64,000 nucleotides of DNA from contig CAUYUJ010000270.1 of assembly GCA_963575745.1 (NCBI GenBank), positions 124,001-188,000 on the forward strand. Direction: 5' to 3'. The notes beneath the pieces are model-generated. The model saw only the letters and a list, made by a program, of their open reading frames with translations, had not been told where the DNA came from and did no database searches. Source of the DNA: Prorocentrum cordatum (taxonomy: Eukaryota). Both the position numbers and the translations under genes were made by a program. Shown here one piece after another: positions 1 to 12,921 of this stretch; within the stretch, counting starts at the first letter, position 1; every line of letters begins with the position of its first letter.

Positions 1-519
1 GGCGCGCCATCTTGGCAGGCGGAAGCTTCGGCGCACGCACCTCTGGACTCGGACGAGGTGGAGGCGGAGGCTTCTTCGGCACGCGTTCCCTCTGCTCTGG
101 TGACGGTGCGTCCTTCGTCGGCGCGACGTTCGGCTTCGCGACCGGCGGCGGCGCCGTCGCATCGGGTGGCGAAGGTTTATTCGGCACCTCGCTTGCTGAT
201 CCAACTGGTGACGGCCCCTCCCTCGGGGGGGGAGGAGGCATATATACATTTTCGCAAGTGCATCGGCTTTGGGAAGTGGAGGCCACGCCTCCGCCACGGC
301 CTTGCCGGGCGGAGACTTGGGCGCTCTCCCAGCCTGGGAAACAGGCTGTCCCAAAGGTGGGAAATCTTCGGTGCCAAGCGAAAATGATGCGCCGGACGGC
401 TGAGCCGTCGGCTCCTGCTGCTGATCACCCGTCGACGATTTGGCTTTGGCCTCCTCTTCACTATCCCGGGCGAGCGTCTTGGGCGCCTCCGAAGCCTCGT
501 CTTTGTGCAACGGATTGAT

Positions 520-1370
520 CTTAGTGAGCCTGACTCCTTTCTTCTGGAGCCATGGCCAAATATCATCGAACTTACCATCGTTCTCAAAGTGAGGCTGCGA
601 TCTTTCTGCCGAACGATGGGCCCCAAATTTGGGGCCCACTGGCTCTGGGCCTCCCGGACTTGGTCCGCGGCGTCCTCCCTTGCTTTGGCGCGATATCGTT
701 CGACCCCGAAGTCTTGCTCCAAGGGCCATTCATTTTGTCGAGCGACATGTTGCAAGAAGACATAAGCATTCGTAACATGAAGCGCCGCAGGAGTCCAATG
801 GTAGAGGCGAAGCTCATACAATACCATCTCCAATGGTTCGCTGACGAACTGATCTGGGTTCCCCTTGATGATTGTGGGCTTTGAATAGAAAACGATCTCC
901 GCAGTTGCCCAGATGCCGTCTCCAAAAGTCTCTTCTGCAACAGAATATGTTGCATGAGTGGAAGGATTGTTGGTGCACGGAAAAGAATACACACCAACTT
1001 TATGCTGCTTGATACTCCCTCCATATTGAGGATTGGATGTAAGCAACTGACGGCTCTCCAAAATCGAATGGAGGGCGGTCGCGGACGTGCCGTGATTCCG
1101 TCTGGTCCAGCCTAAGGATGGGTCTTGGACCTCCCCAAGCTTTTCGTCCGTTACATAGAAGGGCAAAGTAAGCTGAACGCAGTGATTGATGCCCGCCCTG
1201 TGGGTCGTCGTTGACAACTTCGCCGAATTCAGGCGATCAGCAACAGTGAGCTTTGGGTCCGCACATGATCGATCGGCCTTAATCACAAAGAAACGTGCCC
1301 AATTGGGAACCACATAATTAGGTTCTAAGACTGGGGTCTTCGCGGGCTTCTGCAGCATCTGCAAGCCCAA
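520..1370 (-). pseudogene. Retrotransposon cargo: ADP-ribosyltransferase (PARP/ART-fold)-like domain
   Basis: ORF 177..1370 reads RNHGTS-ATALHSILESRQL...KVGVYS...HATYS...DQFV, resembling the H-G-T / G-x-Y / Y motif series of HYE-class ARTs. The frame shifts near 520 into a Pro-rich tail that leaves the window. Confidence 0.5.
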
Positions 1371-3580
1371 CCACGCCTCGCCATTTGCTTTCTTTGAATC
1401 ATGTTGAACTGTTTACTGCGAGCCGGGTTTTCCCCTTGTGCCACTCGTACAACGCGGCCTTCCTCCCCCAGGTACTCATTCATTGGCATCATGCGTCTAT
1501 AGAGCTCACCGCTCGCTACAGTGAATGGTCGGGGGAAATCGTAAGGAACTGGTTCCTTGTCGGACGCGATTTTGCAAGGCAGCTTCTGAATTTTCTGGCA
1601 TGCCAAATGCGCAGGCCAATCTTGTTCCCAGTCTTCAGGGCGATCAGGATCGCCACCTAACCTCAGGCGCCGCGGGAACTTAAACTTTTGGCTGAGCTTG
1701 GTTGCTTGGCCAACAGAGCATTTCATGCGGAGAGCTTCCTCCGCTGCTTCACCAAGTGCCTCAGCATCCTGAACGCCCTTTGCAGGGGCCAGAACGGGTC
1801 CGCGGGACGGCTGGGCCGCGCGCGCTACAGTAACATCACCCGAGGCGGCTGGGCCGCTCGGTGCAACAACAAGTGCTGCCTTCTTCAACTCATCAACTGC
1901 CGGGCGCATGCGCTCATCATTTTGCACCCCTTCGGTTGGCAATCGAAGGCGTTCCCCCCTTGGGGGCATTCCCGGACAACAGGGCTGACCACGCAGCAAG
2001 AAATAATAATCATCTTGCCACGGGAAAAAGTCTTTAGATGCATTCCCTCGCTTCAGAATATCAAAGAATGCAACGGAATAATTAAAGTGGATCGCCCCGC
2101 CCCCAGATCCGCCATGGACGGCCGGGAACTCAATGGGGTTCAAGGCTACTTTGAACGGGCGAGTATTAAGCACCGACTTGGGCACGTTGCCCTCTGCAGG
2201 GCTCCAGTCTTGACAGTGCCTGACTAGCTCATCAGCGGTGGCCTCCTCCAATGTATACCCATCGGATCTTTCGGCCCTTGTCTTCTTAGATGTGCCACCC
2301 CCCTGAACGGATGGGCCGCCGGAGGGTTGGCAAAAGAACAATGCGGCGAGATTAGCGGCCTTAAACATGTGCTCAGCGCGCAACTTGCCCGCTGGCACAC
2401 TCACCATTTGTCCATCCTTATCCATCTTATAGTCACTATGGTCAGACCAAAAGTGGTAAACATCCCCTGGGGGGTGCTGCAGTTTGCGGTAAAGGCTCGC
2501 ACCGTCAAGAATCATGATGCGCGGAACAATCCCCGCAGCTTTGTAGCTTTGAACTCGACGGTTCATTCGAGCCCGGACGAGGGTGGCAACGTCATCCCAC
2601 ATCTGGCTTACGCCGGCTCCAGCCGACCTCCAGCATTTGTGGTCCCCACCAACGTACCTGATCTCTACCGCTCCATCCTTTGTGCGAGCGATCGCGTCGT
2701 CCACAAGACCCTTCGCCGCTTCTATCAATATTCGGAGGGCCCCAGCAAACGCTGTTGGATTTTCTTGCCGCTTTGGCCCTGAGCCGACTCCGCTCAATTC
2801 GCCGGCTCCAGCAACAATATTATTGAAGTTCCAGAAGATAAAACGCACCGGCGTATGGATCCCTTTCTTGTAGTACTGATGCTCATTCCATGTGCGGTTC
2901 TTGGCCACTTCCCGCAGACCTGGGGCCATGCATCCACTCGTGATCTTCTGTGAAATGCCATGAACGTGGTCCTGCATATGGAACTGAGGGAGAAGACTGT
3001 TCGCGACCTTCTTGGACGCAATCCGGAACGAAATCGTGGAATCAGAGACAATATGGACAGACCATGACCAGAACATGTATGTCCCATGATCCATCAAGCA
3101 CAATGGGTGGAAAAAGTCCTTCACAGGCTTGTTTGTGGCCATCATGGCCGCAATGTCCTCGCCAACGAAAGGAACCCATGAATGCCCATTCGCGCGGGCA
3201 ATCTCAGTAATAGCCTGGCACTTCTGAAGGAACGACAACTTGAGTGCCCAAGCCTTCAACTGGGGATCTGTAACATCAACGTAAAGCTGAAGGATCTCGT
3301 TCACTTTAGATTCCCATTCATGCGACGGCGGCCTGGGGTTCGCAGCAAACTCTCCCTTCACCCGGTAATAGTCGAGTGCGCTCCAGGGGCCCCGCCCAAG
3401 GTAGGGCGGGTCACCCCCCTCGTAGCCCGACGTCGTCGACCCCGCATCGAGGCGTCCACCTCCACACCGCCCCCAAAGGGGGTGCCGGAAGGCGGGGCGC
3501 GCCCAGTGGGAGAGCCACCTGGGCCGGGCGGAGCACCTCCACCACCGGCTGGGCCGGGAGGAGAGCCTCCGCCCGCCCAA
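1325..3580 (-). pseudogene. Retrotransposon cargo: 751-aa segment containing an SGNH/GDSL hydrolase-like domain (~2440-3070)
   Basis: Four SGNH-like blocks in the correct order: HIVSDST (block I Ser), ITSG (II), FIFWNFNN (III), GDVYHF (V, DxxH). Confidence 0.55.
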
Positions 3581-5165
3581 CCACCGGCTTGGCCAGGTGG
3601 GGCAGTCGGATTCGAGGCTGACCCAGCGGATGATCCGCCGGCCGCCTGCCGACCAGTTCCAGGATTGCCCAATGACTTTAGTGGGCCAGATCCGGCCGAA
3701 GAATGCTCGATGGCAATGTTCGCACGGTGGCTTGCCGAACCGACTGGGTCGGTCGACATCCCCACTTCCAAGCGTGGCCTTTTCGGCGCCAGGTCGGGGC
3801 CCTCCTCTCTGCAGTCAGGAGGGCCCTCTGAGGGCGCCTCAGGGCGTCGCTGTTCGGGATCTTCAGGCACATTTGGCCTCTCTCCAGCAACGACTGGGTC
3901 GTGCTGGTTAGCCTCAGTCTCTGCGTCTGGCTGAGGGTGCTGCTTTTCTGCCAAGTCAGCACCGTCTTCAAGGCCGTCCTTCGCGAGCCATGCATCAAAG
4001 TCGCATGGGCGCGTCCACGAAGGTGCTGCCTTTCGCCAGGCCACGGCCTGTTGAGGGGAAGACTCAAAATAATTGGCTCTGGCTGGATCTGCGAGAGCCT
4101 CCTCAACAACATGCACTGGCGTGTAAGATGGGCCCTTGACAACAGGCAGGGCATATATCGCACCCCAACCATCCCCAGTGGCTTCGCCACGGGGAGGCGT
4201 GTGTGGCGAAGGGCCCCAAATGTTCATCCACAAAACGGGGGCACCTTCTGTCTTGTTGTCCCTTACTGGGGCGTTCACAAAGTCTCCGAAGACCGTCTTG
4301 CGCCCGATGGCTGGGCCAACAGTGGGACCCACGACCTTTCCCTTTTCAGGAGTTCGGACGGGGCGTCGAGTCCCCCCGGTGCGTTTGTGTACAACCTACA
4401 CACCAGCTTCGTCATTTCATCAGGGTACGACTGGAAAAAATACCTACAGGAATCTGGTCAAGTTTTGGAGGAGCACAATCAAAGCGGCACGTCGCCATTC
4501 TGTCGAATGTAGTCCAATGGACGATCCACGGGTCTTGTGAGACTTTGGAAAACAGACGCTCAAAGATCGTCTGGGAAGTGTCGGCTAGATCTGCCTTCAG
4601 TGCGGTAGCGACTGGGTCGTCCCGTTTGTGCAATGTATCATGTCTCCACATCGTGAAGCGCCAGCCCCATCCCCGTTTGCGTGCGAATTTAATGTCCCCG
4701 GCATAATCAGGCCGGGGCCATTCTTTCTGATCAGGAAAGCAACGGAAGATGGATCTCTCCTCGCGGGGCCATATGTCCCCTGCGAAGGGATGGCTGTCCT
4801 CTTGGCAGGCTTGCTGTCATCAATGGCAGCGTCGGCAGCTCTTTGGCGAGCTGCGATCTCTTCTGCGTGAATCTCTACGCCAGCCTCCATTTCGATGTCT
4901 ATATTCATCACGACATCGCTCGGACTAAAAGGATCAGCCGCTTTCCCAAGCGGCCTGGCCGGCGGGGCAGCATCCCCACTCAGCTGGGCCAGCGGGGTTG
5001 CCTTTCGAATTGGATTGGAAGGAGCCTTTCCTTTGGGCTCGATCGGGGGTTCTCCCTCCTCCGGTGACTCAGGAGCGAGTTCGTATATGATATCATCCGA
5101 GCAAATCGAAGTCACGTCCTCCCCCGACGGCTTGGCCGCTGAGGTTCCCATCGGTTGGCACATGA
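3358..5165 (-). pseudogene. Frameshifted N-terminal part of the cargo ORF, function unknown
   Basis: Overlapping protein-like minus-strand frames (C-terminal part of 4597..5835, then 4412..4651 and 3358..4332) link the methyltransferase to the SGNH segment through a Gly/Pro-rich linker. Confidence 0.5.
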
Positions 5166-5379
5166 GTTTGGTCGATGACCGATCGGGCGCGCGGGGGCCG
5201 CGGCAGGCAAGGCCCGCACAGCCGCAACAAGGCGGCCGCGCAGTCCGAGGGGGGGCCGGCCGCCAGGCAGCCCGCGCAAGCTCTGGAGACAAAACGGCAG
5301 CGGCACATGCGAAATCAGGGGATGGGACGAGACGACGATGAGGCGACAAGACGCGCTCCGCGGCGCGAGCAACACAAGT

Positions 5380-6020
5380 TTGAACCTGTTTGGCAAAGGC
5401 ATCCGTGTAATCTTCTGCTGACTTGCACTCCCGTCCTCTAGCCCCAACATGCTCGTGCGCGCCATCGCATCTGCGCTCAAGTCCCTCCGTCACGTCGGGA
5501 GACGTGGATGCAATCGCCCAGGGCTTTTTCATGAAATTTCCCTTGCTGTCCCTCAATCCGTGCGCACATCCATGCAAAGCCGTTTTGACAAACTCCAACT
5601 CTCTCATGAAATCTTTCACCTGGGGACCCCTCCAATAATTACACTGAGCTGGCCACTCAAGGCAAACGGCGCCCCCCGCTTTGTGCGCAGCACGGGCAAT
5701 CTCGCGGAAATTCCAAAATAGATATCTAAAGTCTGTCCTGATACCTCGAAGCCTACGCATCGCCCTATGGTTTCCAGCACGAAGAAAATGGGCTTCGTTC
5801 ACGCATTGCCAGGGGGAACCTCCGGTACAGGGCATAGAGCCCCATAACGTGATGTGCGTTTCCTTTGAACGTCTTTATGTCATTCAGAGCCAACCTTCGA
5901 CCTTCATCGGTTATCATATCTTCCTTCTCCGTGTACCGAATTACCTTACACGAATCGTCGGCAAAATTCTTGGGGTTTCCGATCCTGCTCCGAGGGCCAC
6001 AACAATATTCTAACAAGAGT
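5380..6020 (-). pseudogene. C5 cytosine DNA methyltransferase-like domain downstream of RNase H (frameshifted)
   Basis: LLLEYCCG (motif I-like, ORF 5765..6199), then PCTGGSPWQ (catalytic PC), CLEWP (motif VI-like), GCAHGL...KKPW and EDYTDAFA (ORF 4597..5835). Confidence 0.75.
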
Positions 6021-6417
6021 CGGTCCCCAGTCCCCTGGGTGGCCGGTGCACAGTCTTCCCGGATCCAGAATTCCGTCCAGCCGGTCCATCTACTTGGGTG
6101 AAAGTCGCCATCGCTGGAATCGCAATTCGAATACTGCTCAAAAGGGCGATGATATGTATTATCTTCGTCGCGCCAACTATCCGTACGGTCTATAGTCAAA
6201 CCATGTTGGGTATTGATGGCATAAGTCGGCGCCTATCATCTAATCTATCCGGGTCAACCGGGCAATCGGTAGTTGCTGGTATAAACGTGACAAGTCTGGG
6301 AACAAAGTACCATCGTTTAAGACTCTGTCCGTGTTGTGTCCACTGGCCCCTCCTATCCTGGATGTCAGCAACAGCAGCAGGCGGAAGGTGAGGAAGAAAA
6401 AGGTTGTATCCGAGCAT
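6021..6417 (-). pseudogene. Trp-rich linker module between RNase H and methyltransferase
   Basis: WTQHG..LKRWYFVPR..FIP...CPV followed by TDSW...WTGWTEF, split by a frameshift near 6197. Confidence 0.4.
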
Positions 6418-6439
6418 GTCTTGCTCGATGTTAACTGGC

Positions 6440-7649
6440 TCAACGCTCGATCGTTCTTCGCATCTCTTTTATCACATTCGATGTATCAGATTCGGTTCCA
6501 CTGTCGGTAACGTCAAACATCGCTCTCATCTCAATCTCTTTCATCGGCCTGGATTTGTCGGAGCTTTTCCTGGACCCTTCTTCGGTCGTAACAGGAGCGG
6601 TTGCATATGCTTCCACGGCTTGGCCGGGCGCACTCGCCTCCACAGCTCGGCCGGGGGCGTTCGCCACCACGGCTTGGCCGGGGGCAGCCTCGGTAGCAGC
6701 CGGGCGCTGGGCGCCGTCTGATGCCGCTGGGGTGTTTATTTGTTTTGAAGAATGCACAGCGGGCTTACCCTTGTTGGGGCGCGTCTTTTTCTTGTTCATC
6801 TTTTTGCTAGGTTCAACAACTCCTCTCCGCAAAGCCGAACTCGGACCTAAGCGGGGCTTCAGAACCCCCCCGGGTCTCAGGGGAAGTCCGTCTGAAAGCA
6901 TCGACTCCAAATAATCTCGGCACCGCTTGGCGGTCCAAAACTTGGGAGTCACAGCCTTGACAAGATATAGTACTGTAACCCAAGCAAAAGGGTCTGTGAA
7001 TCTCTTCGTTCCAATGTCGGCAGCTTCGTTTTGAATCCGTTCGCGCTGGAGCTCAACGATACCTCGAGGAAACTGTTCAGACACAGCTGCAGCATCTATG
7101 CGGTGAGTTCGCGGTAGGTGCATAGGCTTCATGGGCCCTCCAGCCTCAATGGCCTCACATGCCGCCTGGTTGTCCTCTAACAACAAACACCGCATCTCTC
7201 TTCCAAGCAATACTTCCCAAAGCGGAAAGGCTGCAAGCAGCTCTTTTCGCAGGGCAAGGCCGGCAGCCACAATCTCTGCCTCAGGGGTGCCATGGGAAAC
7301 GCATGTCTGTCGCTGCGACCCCGTAGACTGCCCGGCTCGAGCGCATGGGCCCCCAATGGCTTGATAACTGGCTCGTGCTCCTATGTGTTCGGATGTCACT
7401 GGCCAGGTCCGCGTCAGAGTATTGCTTCAACCAGACATCCTCCATCCTATCACCTACCCACGAAGACATGCGGTAATGAGAGGTACACTTGATGTAGCAA
7501 ATGAGGCGGAAGAGATCCATGTCTTGTTGCTCTGTCCATTTGGCAATGCAACTGGCCGCGTGGCGCGCGGCGCGGAGCAGGTCGTATCGAGCCATTCTCG
7601 CACCGTAAAAGATCTCCATCAAGACTTTCGCTGCGATGGGCTGGAGCAC
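6440..7649 (-). pseudogene. Copia RT C-terminus and RNase H (frameshifted)
   Basis: VLMEIFYGARMARYDL, YSDADLA...STS, TPEAEIVA, EDNQAA, HRID, ADIGTK: the Ty1/copia RNase H D-E-D-D series. Confidence 0.9.
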
Positions 7650-8955
7650 GCCCGACTGCGTCGGCGGCTCCGGGTCATTGGGCCGTGAACAAGAATGTCT
7701 TGATCTGGGGGCCCAACGTCAACTTTGATATGTAACGCGGAGGCGATTGCTTCCTCCGCAGGAGAGCAAACCTCACCTCTAAGGCCGCCTTGGCCACCCT
7801 CGAGATCGACGAGTTCTGGCCCGAACGGGGTACCCGCAGCGGGATAAGTAGACGGGTCAGTATCTGTGAGTTGTGCATATAAAGTGACACAGGATTCGAA
7901 GAACTCAGTCATGTCGTATTCTATGGCTCTGGCCTGTTTGGGTTCTCTTGGTTGGTATGGCTCGGGCGGCTGGGCCGCCGAGTCACCCCCGTTTCCTCCT
8001 CGCTACTCTCGTCTGGGACGGAGGCGTTCTTTTTGATTTTTGGAGGCGGCGGGTCCAAATCCAAAACCGCGAGCAACTCACCTTGCCACTCAACAAACTC
8101 CGTTGACAGTCTATGTTCACAACCCAAATATCGTCCGACCGCGGTCGGAGGGTCGATTTCTATGCCTTTCGGGCATTTGTCAGATGGGGTTTGTAGTAGC
8201 CTCCAACCTTCAGCTAGCTTGTCTGCAGGACCAGATAGCTTAAACTCGCCAACACAAATTATCAAGAACAGCCGCAGCTCTTTATGAAAATAGCAGCTGC
8301 GCCACGGGCTACATTTTACAAATCCTTTAGCCGTAACATGCCCTTCGCAGTGTTGCTCCCAATATCCCCCTGAATCAGGGTGTCCGTATAAAGATAAACT
8401 CAACGGGCATGCGGGATTGCGCATATGCGACCATTCCTTGGGCCACTCATCACGGGGTAGGAATATCCACGTCGGTGTGCCACCCAATGTTGACTGGGCG
8501 TAGGCCTGACGGGCGCTGGCTTGTTCAATACTATGGCCTTCGAAGAGCCCGTGAGTATCAGCTGCTTTGCTGGCCTGCATTGTCGCGGGACTGCTGGGCA
8601 GTTCTTGAAACAACGCAACATCCTTATTCTGATCTCTCACGCTCGAACCATCGAAAACGACCCGACCATTATATTTACGATATTTGCGTCCGAGTGGCAA
8701 CTCTGAGTTCTTCTCGACAAAGATTTCGAACAGGCGACCAAAGTGCGCCGTCTGTCCGTTACGTGCCGCAACAACATCGGAATATTCTCTATCCCCTTTA
8801 TCATTCCATGTGCGCATGTCTCGCAGCCTGTCCCATTCCTTTCTGAGAGCGGCCTGGGCATCTTGATTAGCCTTGGCCTCATCTTTGGAAACAGAGCGAG
8901 CTACAGCAGCATCAATCTTAGTATGTTGCCATTCGCTGGGAAGTTGGTAGGGCAC
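7619..8955 (-). pseudogene. Copia reverse transcriptase, catalytically decayed
   Basis: KEWDRL, KYNGRVVFDG, QASARQAYAQ, LSLYGHPDSG, RYLGC. The YVDD motif reads CVGE at ~8246-8257. Confidence 0.92.
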
Positions 8956-9853
8956 GTCAATAACCGAGATGGGATCAATAAAAAGTTTGTATAAGTAATC
9001 CTAATCGAATCTCTCCTTCTTACAGTGACTCGGCATTGGGGCCGAGCTGGCTTGCAACGGCATCCGAGGCACGCTTCGCCGCGACGCGGCGGCCGCCGGA
9101 CTCGAGGTCAGGCTTGCCTCTTGCGTCACCTCAGATTCATCATCGGATAACGGGCCCCTGCCGGCTGTGCCGGAGGGAACACCGCCGCGCGCTATGGCGC
9201 CACCGTGCCATGTTTGCTTCCACCAAACATCCTCATCATCCGAAAGCTATTGGTCGGAATCACCCTCTTCAGAGGATTCGGTAGCTACAGCTGCGGCTTG
9301 GCCGCCCTGTGCCGCCAGACGATGGAATCTCTCAGCAACCCACGGCGCGGCTAGTCTTGCCTTTGGATGCGCAGCAAGATAGGCAGCGGTCTCCTCAGAG
9401 ATAGGACGGACCGCAGGTCGCTGGGCCACTGCGGGCTCAGGCGGATTCGGTGGATCATCCACATCCGAGCCTATATCAGGCAGGAGGCCAAAACAAGGAC
9501 CAGGGTCGTCTATGCCAAAGAATCCTATCTTCTCGGCCTTGTATTGTTCGGCGGCCTGCCGGCTTTGAGCCTGATTCATGTTGAACCAACGTCCAGGACG
9601 AATTCCAAGATTGGTGGATTCAGGCAATTTCTTCAACCACTGAGCACCGTGCTTAGGATCTGGATCTGTGACCCACACGGGCTACTGGAACATAGTCGGG
9701 ATCATAATAGAGTACAACTCGTATGCTGCACGTCTTCCGACGGCCTGTCAACGGGAGCTTTTGTGTCAACTCCTCTTTCGTTAGACCAACGACAATACGC
9801 CTGCCCTCGAAGTGTTCCATAGTATCAAGGTTCTGTGTCGTGCGAGCAAGGAG

Positions 9854-11170
9854 CTACCCTTCCCCTGGAACTTTCTCGCGCGGCTTGGCCGCTGAGAAGT
9901 TAGATTGTCGATCCAAACGATGCTCAATGTGTGCGAGACCTAACTTTTGATATTTATCTTCGTCTGGGCGAGAGTCTCGCGGCGGATCTCGGCCGCCAAT
10001 CGCCGCAGGCACGTCATCCACGCACAACCCCCCCGGACCGTTATCCTCATCGGAATGGGCCTCGGAGCCCAGTGGTGGAGCGCCCTCGCCTTCATGAGGA
10101 AGCGGTGGCATAGTAATGGTGGGATCATCTGCGGCAAACAAATTGTCTGATCGTACTCCTGCCCTCTGCCGCGGACCGTCTGGGACGGCCGCGGCCTCTC
10201 CTGCGGGAGGGATCGTAACGGAACGCACCTCAGTCATTGCTTGCTCGTACGCTTTCCTCAGAGGAAACTGAGGCGACTGATCATCCGCAGTGCCGTCCAA
10301 GATGTTGCTGTATACTTGATCGGGCTTTTCTATGGTGGGTCTATTGCCCTCGGGCGTGCGCCCTGATTCCATGTTAAGTCCATCCAGTTGTCTGAGCGGC
10401 ACAACGTAGCTCTCTGGGCCAACCATGCCCCCCGCTTTGTGCAGATACCCCAAGTATATCCCAGGGATCATTGTTCCGCCAGTCTTGGCTGTCCGGAATC
10501 TTGACTCTGGTGGGGGCACATAGCGTACGAGAGACCCGAAGGGGAGAAGCGGCGCCTCAAACATGTGTCCAAAGCGACGTTCCCAACTAGATTTCCCCTC
10601 CTCAGGGGTCCTGGCATTGTATCAAAGACAAAAGTATCGGACGGCATACGTCCAATGTGGTGGGAGACCAGCCTGCATGAGCAGCGCTCGGGTCCCCATC
10701 TCTACCACGCCATTCGCACGTTCGGCAACGGCATTTTGTGTGTTGTTCCCTGGGAGGGTAGGATCATGGGCAATCTTGAGCTCGTAACGTGCCCTTGCAA
10801 GCTCGCGTGCACCATCTGTATAACAATGCTCTAACTTCTCACCCGGGGCCTTGAGGTTTACTAAAAAGCAACAAACATGAACCGCAGACTTGTCGTGCAC
10901 ACCCTGAGCGGCGAGGAAATCCGCTGCTCGGTCGCGAAAAGTCACGCACGCGGTCTCATCGTGGAGCCCCCGCGAGAGTTCATCCATCGCAAACCAATGG
11001 TCCATCGTCGTCAGGTGTCCACACGAAGTGGGGTTAGCTTATGGGCGGGGAACCTTCAGCCCTTTGTTGCGCGCTTTACGCTACTGTCTTCTGATAGCTT
11101 TGGCCCAATTGCATACTGAACAACATGGGTTCTTGGGGGTGTGAGTTAGAAGATGCGGCAGGGGGGCTGC
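9854..11170 (-). pseudogene. Copia integrase (HHCC finger, DDE core, C-terminal part), frameshifted
   Basis: HLLTHTPKNPCCSVC; TMDHW...YTDGARE...NAVAERANG; AGLPPHWTYA; PFGSLVRY...GIYLGY. Confidence 0.92.
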
Positions 11171-11789
11171 TGCCTTTTTGAGCCGCTCGGCAAGGGAGCT
11201 CGACACCTCAACCTCTGCATCATCTGGGTCTAGTTCTGGCGGTGCGTCGACGTCGACTAGGTCGACAGCGCCAGCGTCTCCAACATCACCCTCCTCGGGC
11301 CCGGGGGCCGCGTCGCACGCATTGGAGTCCAACCCTTGATCCATGTCATAGGGAAGGTATCCTGAGACCCCGTGCCAACAAGGGCTCTTATATGCGGCTG
11401 CGCAGGCCACGGCTTTGCCCGGCTGCTCGTCAGTCCGACCAACGGCTTGGCCGTGGCAGGGCAAAGTCGAGAGACATCTGGAGGCAGCAATGCCGGTCGG
11501 TGTCCGATTCCCACCACTTTCGCTAGCCTTACGAGGCGAATGGTAGAAATAAGTGATGGTATCCGCAGAGTCTAATGAAGACGGAAAAACGAGCGCGAAC
11601 TCAGTCGGCCGTCCGTCAACGTAGTTGTGGTTGCCAATCAACTCATGTGTATGCAGGTCTATGGTCGCGCGAGTCTGAACAGCATGGGGCGGAGGGCCTC
11701 CCGCTGATCCCACATTGCCCAGAAATGCCTCGGCGCCTGGCGTCACGCAACACCACCGCTCGGGAGGTTCACCCTCCCCAGCGGCAACC

Positions 11790-12343
11790 GCGCACATCCA
11801 CTGACCCAGCGCCTCTTTGCCTGAAAGGGTCAAGTATGGGATCTTGCCCTCAACGATCAGGTCCACTCTTTGACCGTTGGGCAACAATAGGTAGGGCCTT
11901 TGGCCTGCTGGCCAGAAGAAACAAAAGCCGCGATCCATGAACCGCTCTCCTACCGAAATCACGCACGGGGTCTCCGGCATGACTAAAGCGTTAAAACTAC
12001 CACCCTTGAACTTAGGGCATGCGATGCGAACTGAGCCGAGGGCTTTTGACTCTCCCCCGGCAGTATTCAGAATGATCGATTGCGGAAGCTTTCGAATCAA
12101 TCTCATCGCACCTGCACTTTTAATATACTTCTCCGCTATGAGGTTATACCCACACCCTGTTTCAATAATAAAGCTCAGCGCTCCAAGATACGCAGCATTC
12201 TTGTCTGCGCATCCCGCAGCGGCTGTGCCGCGTGGGCCCTCTTCCCCCTCCTCAGGCCTCAAACAAAGGTGCCAGGCGTCATCTTGGACGTCTGAGGCCC
12301 TGATCAGGGCCTCCGCAGCAGACGCTCTCGACTGAGTAGACAT
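11790..12343 (-). pseudogene. Retrotransposon aspartic protease (DTG motif reads ETG)
   Basis: FIIETGCGYNLI...LNTAGG...TPCVISVG...GFCFFW in ORF 11081..12343, in frame with the integrase zinc finger. Confidence 0.8.
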
Positions 12344-12921
12344 CTGTCGGCGTATTTATCCTGGGAACTTCCACCTGTCTTTGTCACTTGAGGGCAACTC
12401 TTTCAGGTCGTGGCGACGCGCCTTCCTGCAAGTGATGGCGGGCTCCGCAGTCGATGGGTGCAATCAAACGCGGAATTGGCACCGACCCTTCATCTGAGAT
12501 CGACTGCAACTCTTACTAGGGGCGTCGCTCCAGTACATCTTGATAGCGCCCCGAGAAAGAGGACACAGGAAATTTGCAAGGATATTTACAAGATTCTCAA
12601 CTTGCCTCCTGCATTCGTCGTGAAACTCTCCACTGGCGGGATTCCTGTCAACTCTCCCCCACCAGAATTTAAGGGGGCCTTTGAAAAAAAGGGGCCGGCC
12701 TGCTTCTGCCCAGGAAGGCCCCGAGCTAACGGAGCGGGGCGCGCTATTGCACCCAAGCTGACTTGGTCAGTGGATACCTTCCCCCCCCCCCGCTTTCGGT
12801 TTGACCGACGCGGGCGTCGCCGCGCCCGTCGAGCGAGGAAGATAGGACAGAGTACCCTTAATCAAATTATGCCAATCAGTCTTCCAGCGCTGGCGGCTGG
12901 GCCGCCAGTGCGGAGCCAATG

